From NCBI GenBank assembly GCA_046155985.1, contig JBJXGM010000129.1, forward strand, positions 2,773 through 66,772: a stretch of DNA of 64,000 nucleotides. Reading direction: 5' to 3'. The stretch comes from Myxococcaceae bacterium (GTDB lineage Bacteria; Myxococcota; Myxococcia; Myxococcales; Myxococcaceae). The stretch's first letter is position 1; the number at the start of each line of letters is the position of its first letter. The translations under genes and the position numbers were made by a program. Shown in pieces: positions 1-8,010 of the stretch. Under the pieces are notes generated by a model, which made no database searches, was not told the DNA's origin, and saw only the letters and a program-made list of their open reading frames with translations.

Positions 1-528
1 GACAGCCGACCGACGACGACCCGGTGCTGTCGGCCACTGACCCGCCTGCAGCTCAACAGTTCATTACAGATGATGAGGGGTAAAGTCGCCAGTTCCGGAA
101 CGTGCTGAGGATGCACCTGCTCGTTAAGGCACCATCGAAGAGCGCGTTTCCCCTCGTCTGCATCGATGAGCGTCCGGTACAGCTGCACGACGAAGGTGAG
201 GGAGCCAACGAGCGCGAAGCCTGGGCGGCCAGCACGACGCGATGCGGAATACAAACGAAGAGGCACCGCGAATGTGTTCGCTATTGTCGCCCCACGCCTC
301 GGTTTCCACCTGACGCACGCGACCAAGAACCGGAAGTCGCCGAGCTATGTCAGGGCGCTTCAACGAATCACGAAAGCGTTTCCTAAAGCCAAGAGAATCC
401 ATCTGGTTCAGGACAACCTGAGCAGCCACAGCGAGGCTGCTTGCATCCGAACACTGGGCCCGACCGAGGGCCGAAAGCTGTGGGCACGCTTCATCGTGCA
501 CTTTACGCCAAAGCACGGCAGTTGGCTC
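1..528 (+). pseudogene. IS630-family DDE transposase remnant with an in-frame stop, a frameshift and a 3' truncation
   Basis: Two frames carry IS630-type motifs: FPLVCIDERPVQL (frame of ORF 102..) and EYKRRGTANVF ... IHLVQDNLSSH ... HFTPKHGSWL (frame of ORF 166..). There is a TAA at 81-83 in the upstream frame. The frame switches near 190-200. Homology stops abruptly after GSWL (about 528), where intact family members continue with N-x-AEIE. Confidence 0.8.
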
Positions 529-860
529 GTTATCGCCCCCGTGCGCCCGCCTCCAACGACGTGGCCCCGGCTCGACCGCTGCGGCTCACCGCGTGACGTG
601 CGGGAAAGCCGCGGCTATTCCGCCTATGCGCCGTTGGGAAGTTGTGAAAGTCGCTCGAGGGAGAAGGGGCCCCGAGCGCCGTAGTTGGCGAGGCGCAAGA
701 GGCCTTTTCTGTCGTTTTGGTGGACGCGTGAATTGGCGTGAAACGAGAAGCCTTGGAGGAAGGCAGAGCGCCGGCCGTTGCGGGGAGGCGTCGTAACTTC
801 ACGCCGCCGTGGTCTGAGCGCCTGGTTCAGCGTACGGGTGACGCGGAAGAGTTGCCTTGC

Positions 861-1235
861 TTACCGGAGATCCTTGACGAGCGTTTCCACCATGTCGTCG
901 AGTTCGACGCAGGAGGGCGAAACGCGTTCCAGGGCCTCACGGATCTTGGAAACGCTCGGCTTCTCCGTGTTGAATTCCTGTACACAAGTATCCAGGGTGT
1001 TGGCTGTCTGGAACTCGCGGTACCCCGCGAAGATGCGAGCCCGCTCGGCCGCGGCCGGCTGACGTCCCAGCAGCGTGCGCGCGGCACAGAGGGCGTCCGA
1101 CGATCCGACTGCACCCGGGTGCCTATCGATGAGTGCAGCAGCGATGAGCTGGGTGGCGACGTCCTTCTGGGAAACTCCAAGGGCCCTGACAAGCATCGAT
1201 CTTTTCCCTACCCGGCGCTTAGACCGCCGCATCAT
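861..1235 (-). CDS. hypothetical protein (124 aa), possibly a DNA-binding or mobile-element-associated fragment
   Basis: This ORF looks more protein-like than the overlapping + strand ORF 738..1304. It has a basic N-terminus (RRSKRRVGKR). No family was recognised. Confidence 0.3.
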   Translation of the reverse strand: MMRRSKRRVGKRSMLVRALGVSQKDVATQLIAAALIDRHPGAVGSSDALCAARTLLGRQPAAAERARIFAGYREFQTANTLDTCVQEFNTEKPSVSKIREALERVSPSCVELDDMVETLVKDLR

Positions 1236-1361
1236 CGCGGATCAAGACAAGGGCGTCGCGAACAATCCGCAAACGTCGGTCAAGTCGCTGCGATGAACGA
1301 CTGACCGACATCGACGGACGGCACGGACGATGACCCTAAGAATCGCTGAAGTGAACCCCGA

Positions 1362-1604
1362 TTACTCGCAGAGGAAAACGTCCGAGCAACCCACAGTGGG
1401 CCCGCAGCTGCAAGTGTATGGTACGTCCGTCTGCGCGGGGCAATCACAAGTGCCGCCATTGTTACAGCCAGCCCACGTGGAGTTTCCCGGGCAGCCACCC
1501 CAACGGCCTGCCGTGAGGTTGTTAGCCCCACCCTGTGCGGAGCTCAGGTCAGACAAGTTTTCGATAACGGTTTTCTTTAGCGACAGCTTTGCGCGCTTTT
1601 TCAT
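1362..1604 (-). CDS. lanA: class I lanthipeptide precursor peptide (80 aa) with a double-glycine leader
   Basis: The leader is MKKRAKLSLKKTVIENLSDLSSAQGG. The 54-aa core contains 8 Cys and 9 Ser/Thr (…GGCPGNSTWAGCNNGGTCDCPAQTDVPYTCSCGPTVGCSDVFLCE). AGGAG lies 4 nt before the ATG. The gene is divergent from lanC, and lanB and a C39-ABC exporter are in the same locus. Confidence 0.85.
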   Translation of the reverse strand: MKKRAKLSLKKTVIENLSDLSSAQGGANNLTAGRWGGCPGNSTWAGCNNGGTCDCPAQTDVPYTCSCGPTVGCSDVFLCE

Positions 1605-1649
1605 GTGGCTCCTGAACTTCGGTTGTGTGGTGAAGCGGGGTAGGTCAAC

Positions 1650-1665
1650 AGCAAGTTTCGCACCA
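1650..1665 (-). promoter_or_regulatory. sigma54 (-24/-12) promoter candidate upstream of lanA
   Basis: The minus strand reads TGGTGCGAAACTTGCT against the consensus TGGCACG-N4-TTGCW. The GG and GC dinucleotides are at exactly the canonical spacing and the TTGCT -12 element is intact. The site lies about 45 nt upstream of the lanA ATG (1604). Confidence 0.6.
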
Positions 1666-1758
1666 CCCAGCCTGCGTCTGGAACTGGGCGGCTTTCATAT
1701 GTGACGCAGGAGGACGTAGGCCGTACGTGCCGGTTTTTGGGCGGCGATCTGCCGAAGA

Positions 1759-3168
1759 GTGAGCAAGCGCTCCATTGTGTGCGATGGACTGGTTCGCAAA
1801 AGTTGCTTCGCCGCGAGACCCGGTCCATCACCCTTGATTGAGTCTGATTTCCCATCTTCTGCGTTGAGAGGAAGAGCCGTGGTGGACCGACCCGATTGGC
1901 AACCCATCCTCGAGGGCCAAGACGCCGAAAAGGCACAGCGAATCGTCGCCCAAGTGGTCCATGACAGAGACCCCGCCGATTCCATGGCACGACTGGACTC
2001 GTTTGCCGTTTTGCTAGACGCCTACCTCGCCAAAGTGCACTCCTCCGACGAGCGCGCAGACGCGACGTTTGCGCGACTTGAGCGCGTCATCGAACAAGCG
2101 TCGAGGCTTCGATCAAGTGCCCTGTATGGCGGACTCGCGGGCGTGGCGTGGGTGACGGCGCATGTCAATACGCTGCTCAGTGAATGGCTCGATACCGCCT
2201 CTGGCGAAGCTTCAGAGGCGTGGCCCGACGCGCTATTCATCCGGGAGGTTCGAAGCCTCCCTGAGCCCGTCCAGTATGATCTGATTTCGGGGCTGGTCGG
2301 GCTCGCGGTGTACGCGATTGAGCACCTGCCGGCGAAGGAGGCGGAGCAGCTTCTCGGGGGCGTCATCGATCGGCTGCTCGCCAGAAAAGCGGTTCGCATG
2401 CCACACGGCTCGACTTTTCTGACAGAACCTGAGCTGCTTCCGGCACACCAGCGTATTCACGCACCGTCGGGCAATTACAATCTCGGGGTCGCGCACGGCA
2501 TCCCCGCCGTGGTGGTGGTGCTCGCCCATGGGATTCGTCGCGGATACCGCGTCATTGAAGCGCGAGAGCTCGTCGACGCGTTATGGGACTGGATGGTCGC
2601 CCAGCAATGTTCGAGCGGGCCGGGCGCTCGTTTTCCAACGCACGTTGAGATTGACGGGCGTTCGAGCGGACCCGCTCGCGAAGCATGGTGCTACGGAGGA
2701 TTGGGACTTTCTGTCGCGCTGTTGCGCGCGGCGCAGCTGCTCGACGACACGTCCAAGGCGCACGCGGCGGTGGAATTCGCGAAACTCGAAGCCGAGCGGA
2801 GCATCGAGAGCAGCGACTCAAAGGATTGCGGGCTGTGTCACGGCGCGGCGGGGAATGCGCACCTGTTCAACAGGCTCTTCCAAGCGTCTGGAGATGAGAT
2901 TTTTCTTGATGCGGCGCACAGGTGGTTCAACGTGGTGCTTTCGGAACACGGCGTGCGCCCCGGCGTTGGGGGTTACCAGTTTTGGGCTCCGGGCGTCCGG
3001 GGGGGCGGCTGGCCCCCGGCGGGTTGGAGGAGCGACGCCACGTTTCTCGTGGGGTCTTCCGGGGTCGCGCTCGCGTTGCTTGGAGCGACCAGTTCCGTCG
3101 AGCCGAACTGGGATCGGCTTCTTGTTTCGGACCTCAAACGCGGAACCTCATTTCCGCCATTGATCTGA
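1759..3168 (+). CDS. lanC: LanC-like lanthionine cyclase
   Basis: LanC signature residues are present: NLGVAHGIPAVV (His base), AWCYGGLGL (WCxG Zn-Cys) and GLCHGAAGNAH (CHG Zn ligands). The exact start (GTG 1759) is uncertain. Confidence 0.9.
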   Translation: MSKRSIVCDGLVRKSCFAARPGPSPLIESDFPSSALRGRAVVDRPDWQPILEGQDAEKAQRIVAQVVHDRDPADSMARLDSFAVLLDAYLAKVHSSDERADATFARLERVIEQASRLRSSALYGGLAGVAWVTAHVNTLLSEWLDTASGEASEAWPDALFIREVRSLPEPVQYDLISGLVGLAVYAIEHLPAKEAEQLLGGVIDRLLARKAVRMPHGSTFLTEPELLPAHQRIHAPSGNYNLGVAHGIPAVVVVLAHGIRRGYRVIEARELVDALWDWMVAQQCSSGPGARFPTHVEIDGRSSGPAREAWCYGGLGLSVALLRAAQLLDDTSKAHAAVEFAKLEAERSIESSDSKDCGLCHGAAGNAHLFNRLFQASGDEIFLDAAHRWFNVVLSEHGVRPGVGGYQFWAPGVRGGGWPPAGWRSDATFLVGSSGVALALLGATSSVEPNWDRLLVSDLKRGTSFPPLI

Positions 3169-3278
3169 ATGAGCACGGAGTTCGATACCTGGTGCCGCTG
3201 AGCGGCGGGGCGCGGCTCACGGACCCGGGCACCGCTGATACCGCTCGGTTTGGTACCCAACTTGGCCGCTGGTGACAT

Positions 3279-4250
3279 TCAGGTGCAGCCGCGTTGGCGT
3301 GCTGCTTCGATATCGTTCCGTGGCTCGGTAGCCAGCAATGTTCCTAAGACGAACGCCAGCGAGACGCCATGGACCAAAGTTCGTTCGTCGAGGATTCCTC
3401 TGGGACCCTGGAGCTTCACGTGGGCCTCAGCCTCGTGAGGGAAACTGATCTCTGCTCTTCCCCCGTCTCCCGTGGAAAGCTCAAATCGGCGTGGAACGAG
3501 TGTACGGTTAATCACGGTGAACTCGAGCTGGGCGTGGGAGCGTTTCTTGCCCTGTTTGATCTCGAAAGCGACCGGGGCGAAATGTGAAGCACCCAGGTTG
3601 TCATACCTGCTAAGCCGACGTGCGGTAATTGTTGCAAATGGGCCAGTGCCATCCACGATTGTCAGCGTCGCGTCGCAGCCGCTGGCTCGGAGCGTGGCCT
3701 TCGATGCGAGGGTCCCGTCCGGGTTGTAAAGGCTTCCAGTACTGGGTTTGTGTTCCTCGTGAGGGGTGACCAGCTGGTAAGTGCCCGACGCGTCGTTGCC
3801 CTGGGGGAGCACATCCAGCAGCCATTTTGGGGGATGAGTCTGACGGTTTCTTCCTGGGGGCTGCAGCACGCCGTTACCCAGCGCAAAGTGATGGCCGAGG
3901 ACAGGACCGGTGAAGGGGCTGAAACGTTCCTCTGGCACGGCGTCATCGAGTTGACCAAGCGTCGGTCGTTTGTGCGCCGGGCGAGTCCCCGTGAGCTGTG
4001 TAGGGTCCGGGTTCTGAGGTGTGGGCGCAACGGATACGGTCATTGAGTGCTGCGGCAAAGGCGTTCCTGCGACGGCAACCCCACTTTGTCCGGCCGCTTG
4101 AGCGACCGCAGCGGGTGTTGCTGGACCGAACATGCCGAGCCAAGCACTGAAAACGGCGGCACCAATAGCGCGCCCGACAGTGGCGAGCGGTGACCGCGGG
4201 TTGACTGAGACGCCAGTAGCAACCGAACGCGCAAGGGCAGAAGTGACCAT
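3279..4250 (-). CDS. secreted hypothetical protein (323 aa)
   Basis: There is an N-terminal signal-like hydrophobic stretch (AIGAAVFSAWLGMFGPATPAAVAQA), then a Pro-rich linker and a C-terminal beta-rich region. No family was recognised. Confidence 0.55.
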   Translation of the reverse strand: MVTSALARSVATGVSVNPRSPLATVGRAIGAAVFSAWLGMFGPATPAAVAQAAGQSGVAVAGTPLPQHSMTVSVAPTPQNPDPTQLTGTRPAHKRPTLGQLDDAVPEERFSPFTGPVLGHHFALGNGVLQPPGRNRQTHPPKWLLDVLPQGNDASGTYQLVTPHEEHKPSTGSLYNPDGTLASKATLRASGCDATLTIVDGTGPFATITARRLSRYDNLGASHFAPVAFEIKQGKKRSHAQLEFTVINRTLVPRRFELSTGDGGRAEISFPHEAEAHVKLQGPRGILDERTLVHGVSLAFVLGTLLATEPRNDIEAARQRGCT

Positions 4251-4784
4251 GGCAAATGTCTCCCTAAAGACTGCCTGAATTCTCGCGAGTTATCGGAGAA
4301 GGTTGCGTGGTTTCAGGCATGCCTAACCTCGGACCCAGACCTGATTGGTGATGGTGACGGTTGGTAGGGCGGGTCTCGAGGGAGCCCGGGCAGCCCCGAG
4401 CGCCGGCTCAAATTCGCACCTCAGGAAGAAAAACGAGCCCCAAGCCGCGCGCGGAGAGGACTTTTCTGATCCTCCCGCAGAAAACCTCCAAGCCGGTCTT
4501 CGTTTGGTCGCGGAGCCCGGCGGCCTGGAGGTGCCATAGACCTGAGTAATGACGGGCGAAAGAGATCGGCGCCGGGGCATCGCGCAGACGGATGTCGGTG
4601 ACGCCGATTTCGTCGTGCGCCCGTACCGTTGGTGCCGACCTGTTCGGCACGACCGTGGCTTGGCTGATCCCTCTCCTCGCGTGCGCAGACCTGCGGCTGG
4701 ACCGATTTTCCGCGAATTCAGGCTGTTAGTGTTCTGGCATTTACTCCATTTTACTCATGTGTGAATTGGAGTAGAGTCCATTTT

Positions 4785-5915
4785 ATGGACAGGTCGATTC
4801 AGCCCGTTTTGGAGCAGGTTCTGGCGTCGCAAAAGATGGTTTTTATCGCGGGGCCTCGGCAAGTTGGGAAAACAACCCTGGCGCTGTCGTTGTTGGGGCA
4901 GGGGGCAACCGAGTCCAACCCTGCGTATCTCAGCTGGGATGACCCCAGGGGTGCCGCGCGTCTCCGCCAAGCCCAGCTTCCCCCCAACGCACCACGGCTC
5001 GTGTTCGACGAAATCCACAAATACGCAAGGTGGAGAAACCTGCTCAAGGGGATTTTCGACACCGAAAAGTCCTTGCGGCAAATCATCGTCACCGGTTCGG
5101 CGCGCTTGGATTTCTATCGAAAAGGGGGCGACTCCTTGGTGGGGCGCTACCGCCTCTTCCGGCTGCACCCTTTTTCTCTACAAGAAATCGGTGGGAGCGC
5201 ACGCTCAGATCTCGCTGCTCTGTTGCGCTTTGGGGGCTTTCCGGAACCCTTTCTTCGGGCGAACGAGACAGAACATCGCATCTGGCAACGAGACCGACTT
5301 TCCCGTGTTGTTCGCGAGGATCTGCGCGACCTCGAACGTGTGCGCGAAATCAGTCTTGTCGAGCAGCTTGTCGATCTCTTGCCAGCTCGGGTGGGATCCC
5401 CCCTCTCCATCGCGAATCTTCGCGGGGACCTGGAGGTGGACCACAAGACAGTTCAGCGCTGGTTACAGATACTCGAGAACTTGTATGTGTGCTTCCGCAT
5501 TCCGCCGTTTGGCGCGCCTCGAATTCGCGCGGTGAAGAAAGAGCAGAAGCTGTACCTCTGGGATTGGTCGCAAGTGGAAGACCCCGGCCCACGTTTCGAA
5601 AACCTGGTCGCCAGCCAACTGCTCAAGTACTGCCATTTCCTCGAGGACACGCAGGGCGTGCGAATGGAGCTCCGCTTCCTGCGAGACACGGACAAGCGCG
5701 AAGTCGACTTCGTCGTTCTCAAGGACCGAAAGCCCCAATTCGCAGTCGAGTGCAAGAGTGGAGACCGAGAGGTTGGCTCTGCTGTGAAGTACTTTGCCGC
5801 GCGGACCGGCATCCCACGGTTTTTTCAGGTGCACCAGGGCGTTCGACACTTTGCACAGGGCGCTGTCACGGTTGTGCCGTTTGCGCGCTTTTGCGCCGAG
5901 ATGAAGATGCCGTAA
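4785..5915 (+). CDS. AAA+ ATPase of the AAA_14/DUF4143 type (COG1373-like)
   Basis: Walker A is GPRQVGKTTLA and Walker B-like is LVFDEIHKY, followed by IIVTGSARLD. The C-terminal part is typical of DUF4143 proteins. The ATG at 4785 is preferred over the GTG at 4761. The upstream region is AT-rich. Confidence 0.8.
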   Translation: MDRSIQPVLEQVLASQKMVFIAGPRQVGKTTLALSLLGQGATESNPAYLSWDDPRGAARLRQAQLPPNAPRLVFDEIHKYARWRNLLKGIFDTEKSLRQIIVTGSARLDFYRKGGDSLVGRYRLFRLHPFSLQEIGGSARSDLAALLRFGGFPEPFLRANETEHRIWQRDRLSRVVREDLRDLERVREISLVEQLVDLLPARVGSPLSIANLRGDLEVDHKTVQRWLQILENLYVCFRIPPFGAPRIRAVKKEQKLYLWDWSQVEDPGPRFENLVASQLLKYCHFLEDTQGVRMELRFLRDTDKREVDFVVLKDRKPQFAVECKSGDREVGSAVKYFAARTGIPRFFQVHQGVRHFAQGAVTVVPFARFCAEMKMP

Positions 5916-6050
5916 TGCGTAGAAACCTGGACCAGGGTCGCACAGGTCGATCACCACACGCGCATCGACACTGAAGCGACCGGTGTTTAGGGCATTGGCC
6001 GCAAGCAGGTGGAGATGCCTAGGATTCTCGTTCTCCGCGCAGCTTGACCT

Positions 6051-6079
6051 CCATATATATAGCATGCCATATATATGGC
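6051..6079. promoter_or_regulatory. AT-rich repeat/palindrome, a putative vapBC operator-promoter
   Basis: CCATATATAT occurs twice (6051-6060 and 6067-6076). The second copy sits inside the perfect palindrome GCCATATATATGGC (6066-6079), which abuts the vapB ATG (6080). TTGACC lies just upstream at 6045-6050. Confidence 0.5.
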
Positions 6080-6307
6080 ATGGCGCGTAAAACCACGCTG
6101 TACTTGGGGGACGACGAATCCACCCTCCTCAAGCAAGCGTCGGAGCAAGAAGGCTTATCCCAAGGCGTCATCATTACCCGGGCTCTTCGCAGTTACTTTC
6201 AATCGCGCTCGCGGAAAGCGCTGAGCGTTGGACTCGGACGAAGCGGGCGGCGCAATCTCAGCGAGCGTGCGGAGGCGTTGCTCAAAGGCCTTGGAGAGGA
6301 CGGGTGA
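6080..6307 (+). CDS. vapB: ribbon-helix-helix (CopG/VapB-type) antitoxin
   Basis: The N-terminus MARKTTLYLGDDESTLLKQASEQEGLSQGVIITRALRSYF is RHH-like. There is a 4-nt overlap with the downstream PIN gene. Confidence 0.8.
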   Translation: MARKTTLYLGDDESTLLKQASEQEGLSQGVIITRALRSYFQSRSRKALSVGLGRSGRRNLSERAEALLKGLGEDG

Positions 6308-6726
6308 TTGTTGTCGACACGAGCGGGCTCATTGCTCTGCTCGACGCCGACGACGCCCACCATGATGGCGTGCGCGAAGCTTTCGACGCTGCGGGAGACG
6401 CCTGGGTTCTACCGTGGGCGATCCTTCCGGAGGTGGACTACCTCGCGACCAAATACCTTGGACCCAAAGTCGCCCTCGCGTTCTTGCGTGACGTTGTGCG
6501 CGGCGTTTTTCGCGTGACCGGTTACGACGCCGACGACATGAAGCGCTCCGTCGGCCTTCAGCAAAAGTATGCGAGCCTGGAGCTCGGCCTTGTTGATTCG
6601 GTTGTCATGGCCCAGGCGATGCGCTTCAAGGCAAAGGCAATCGTCACGCTGGATAGAAGGCATTTTCGCGCCGTATCGTTCGGTGGCAGTCCCCCACCGC
6701 GGCTGATTCCCTTGGACAGTCCCTAG
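6304..6726 (+). CDS. vapC: PIN-domain ribonuclease toxin VapC
   Basis: The N-terminus MIVVDTSGLIALLDADDAHH carries the PIN acidic residues (D5, E at LPEVDY, D at LVDSVVM, D at TLDRRHF). Confidence 0.9.
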   Translation: MIVVDTSGLIALLDADDAHHDGVREAFDAAGDAWVLPWAILPEVDYLATKYLGPKVALAFLRDVVRGVFRVTGYDADDMKRSVGLQQKYASLELGLVDSVVMAQAMRFKAKAIVTLDRRHFRAVSFGGSPPPRLIPLDSP

Positions 6727-6967
6727 CGCGAGAAACACGGCCCCCGGCGGCGGGGGGCCGGGGGTGCGCTTGATCGTCCATCCAGACGTCGACATTTGTT
6801 GGGCTGCTGCCGAGCGGCACGAGCCTACGCAACATGATCGACCAATCGACCAGACGCCTCGGCACTGCGGCAAGTGGTTTGGACGCCCATGTGAGCTTGG
6901 GCTTATCCGCGATGGCGAATCCCATTCCCATCAGCCCCAGAAACGCCCGTCTTGCGAGGATCTTCAT
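6644..6967 (-). CDS. small ORF with a twin-arginine-like signal peptide, possibly a truncated remnant
   Basis: It starts MKILARRAFLGLMGMGFA, which fits the RRxFL Tat motif. Its ATG overlaps the PPTase stop (ATGA at 6964-6967). Its 3' end runs antisense into vapC, so the gene may be disrupted. Confidence 0.3.
   Translation of the reverse strand: MKILARRAFLGLMGMGFAIADKPKLTWASKPLAAVPRRLVDWSIMLRRLVPLGSSPTNVDVWMDDQAHPRPPAAGGRVSRARDCPRESAAVGDCHRTIRRENAFYPA
6738..6760. terminator. GC-rich hairpin downstream of vapC
   Basis: The stem is CGGCCCCC (6738-6745) paired with GGGGGCCG (6753-6760), with a 7-nt loop. There is no clear U-tract, so terminator function is uncertain. Confidence 0.3.
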
Positions 6968-7713
6968 CGCTCCCCCACGAGCCGGTACTCCGAGCAGCGG
7001 ACGGTAACTGGGGAGTGAGCCGGACGACGTATTGCCACCGCTGCGAGGTGTCTGTGCGATGGCGCGAGTTGGACAAACTGCCAGCTTTCCGGGGTGTCGT
7101 CGGAGGGTTGCTCGAAGGAGATTCGCGGTGCGTGTGGCGGCGCGAGGCGGAATGCGAAACGGGTGAGCGGTAGGGATAGGCCAACGCCTCTCGCCTTGAC
7201 GTAGGCCTCCTTGAGTGTCCAGTACTCAAAGAAGCGCCGGCGTTGGCGCGGGCCAGAGAGGCGGTTGAGATCGGCGACTTCCTCTGCCGTGAAGCACTGA
7301 TCAACAACGTCAGTTGGGGCGCTTCGCTGGGCGTACTCTTCAACGTCCACACCCACGTCGATGTCCATCGCCACCGCACACAGCGCCATTCCGTCGGTGT
7401 GCGACAGATTGAATCGCAGTTTCGGCCCGGCCTGGCCCGGCACCTCAGGCCGGCCGTGCTCGCCTCGATGGAAGACCCAATCCTGGGCCCTCACGGGCCC
7501 ATAGCGAGACAGCGTGAGCCGCAGCAGTGCATGAGACAGGAGGAACTCCCGGCGGTGTCGCTCTGCTCGGAAACCGCTGTGCCGCGCTCTTTCGTCCTCG
7601 TCGAGGAGCGTCCAGAGATACGTCAGGACATCAGGATGAATCGAGCGGTCTAGCCGAAGAAACCAGGCGTGCACCTCGCGCCCAGGCAAGGGAAGCGGTG
7701 GCGCAGGCATCAT
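6964..7713 (-). CDS. Sfp-type 4'-phosphopantetheinyl transferase
   Basis: Motifs FNLSHTDGMALCAVA, DVGVDVE and WTLKEAYVKARG are present. The gene is divergent from the megasynthase gene. Confidence 0.9.
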   Translation of the reverse strand: MMPAPPLPLPGREVHAWFLRLDRSIHPDVLTYLWTLLDEDERARHSGFRAERHRREFLLSHALLRLTLSRYGPVRAQDWVFHRGEHGRPEVPGQAGPKLRFNLSHTDGMALCAVAMDIDVGVDVEEYAQRSAPTDVVDQCFTAEEVADLNRLSGPRQRRRFFEYWTLKEAYVKARGVGLSLPLTRFAFRLAPPHAPRISFEQPSDDTPESWQFVQLAPSHRHLAAVAIRRPAHSPVTVRCSEYRLVGER

Positions 7714-8010
7714 CGCTAACGAATACTACTCCTGCACGGGTCGTCGCCCACCGCAAAACATACGCACGGGATGAGGGCGTCGCATCGACGTGGGTTGTTC
7801 GCACCTTGTGCGCCCCCCCGAGACCGACATCGACGCACCCAAGCCTCGCGCGGGCCACCCAAAGCGCGTGCTGGTCAGTTCACTCGCAGAAGAAGACGTC
7901 GGAGCAGCCCTGTCGTACCTTGCTTCTGTGGTTGCTGGATTTGGCCAGAGATCCGCCGAAAGCCGGGCAGGCCATGGGATGGGCGCGAGAGAGACGTAGA
8001 GGCGGAACCG

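Noticed and set aside
1430-1470. The internal RWGG/C as the leader cleavage site of the precursor.
   Set aside because: The upstream AQGG site has a better double-glycine leader context: spaced hydrophobic residues and an acidic or polar helix. The internal site is kept only as an alternative in the finding.
1330-1704. A 124-aa + strand ORF overlapping lanA.
   Set aside because: It is antisense to the clearly peptide-like lanA ORF. Its translation has no features. It is a typical shadow ORF of high-GC DNA.
7861-7960. Sigma54-like motifs upstream of the megasynthase, for example TGGTCAGTTCACTCGCA and TGGCCAGAGATCCGCC.
   Set aside because: In the first motif the GG-to-GC spacing is off by one. 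The second lacks the TTGC -12 element. Neither is good enough to call.
7771-8010. An 80-codon N-terminal extension of the megasynthase ORF given in the ORF track.
   Set aside because: The translation is Arg/Pro/Cys-rich and unlike a FAAL N-terminus. It lies in the divergent promoter region shared with the PPTase gene. The ATG at 8011 gives a typical FAAL start (MTSVCDLVGLLRERA…).
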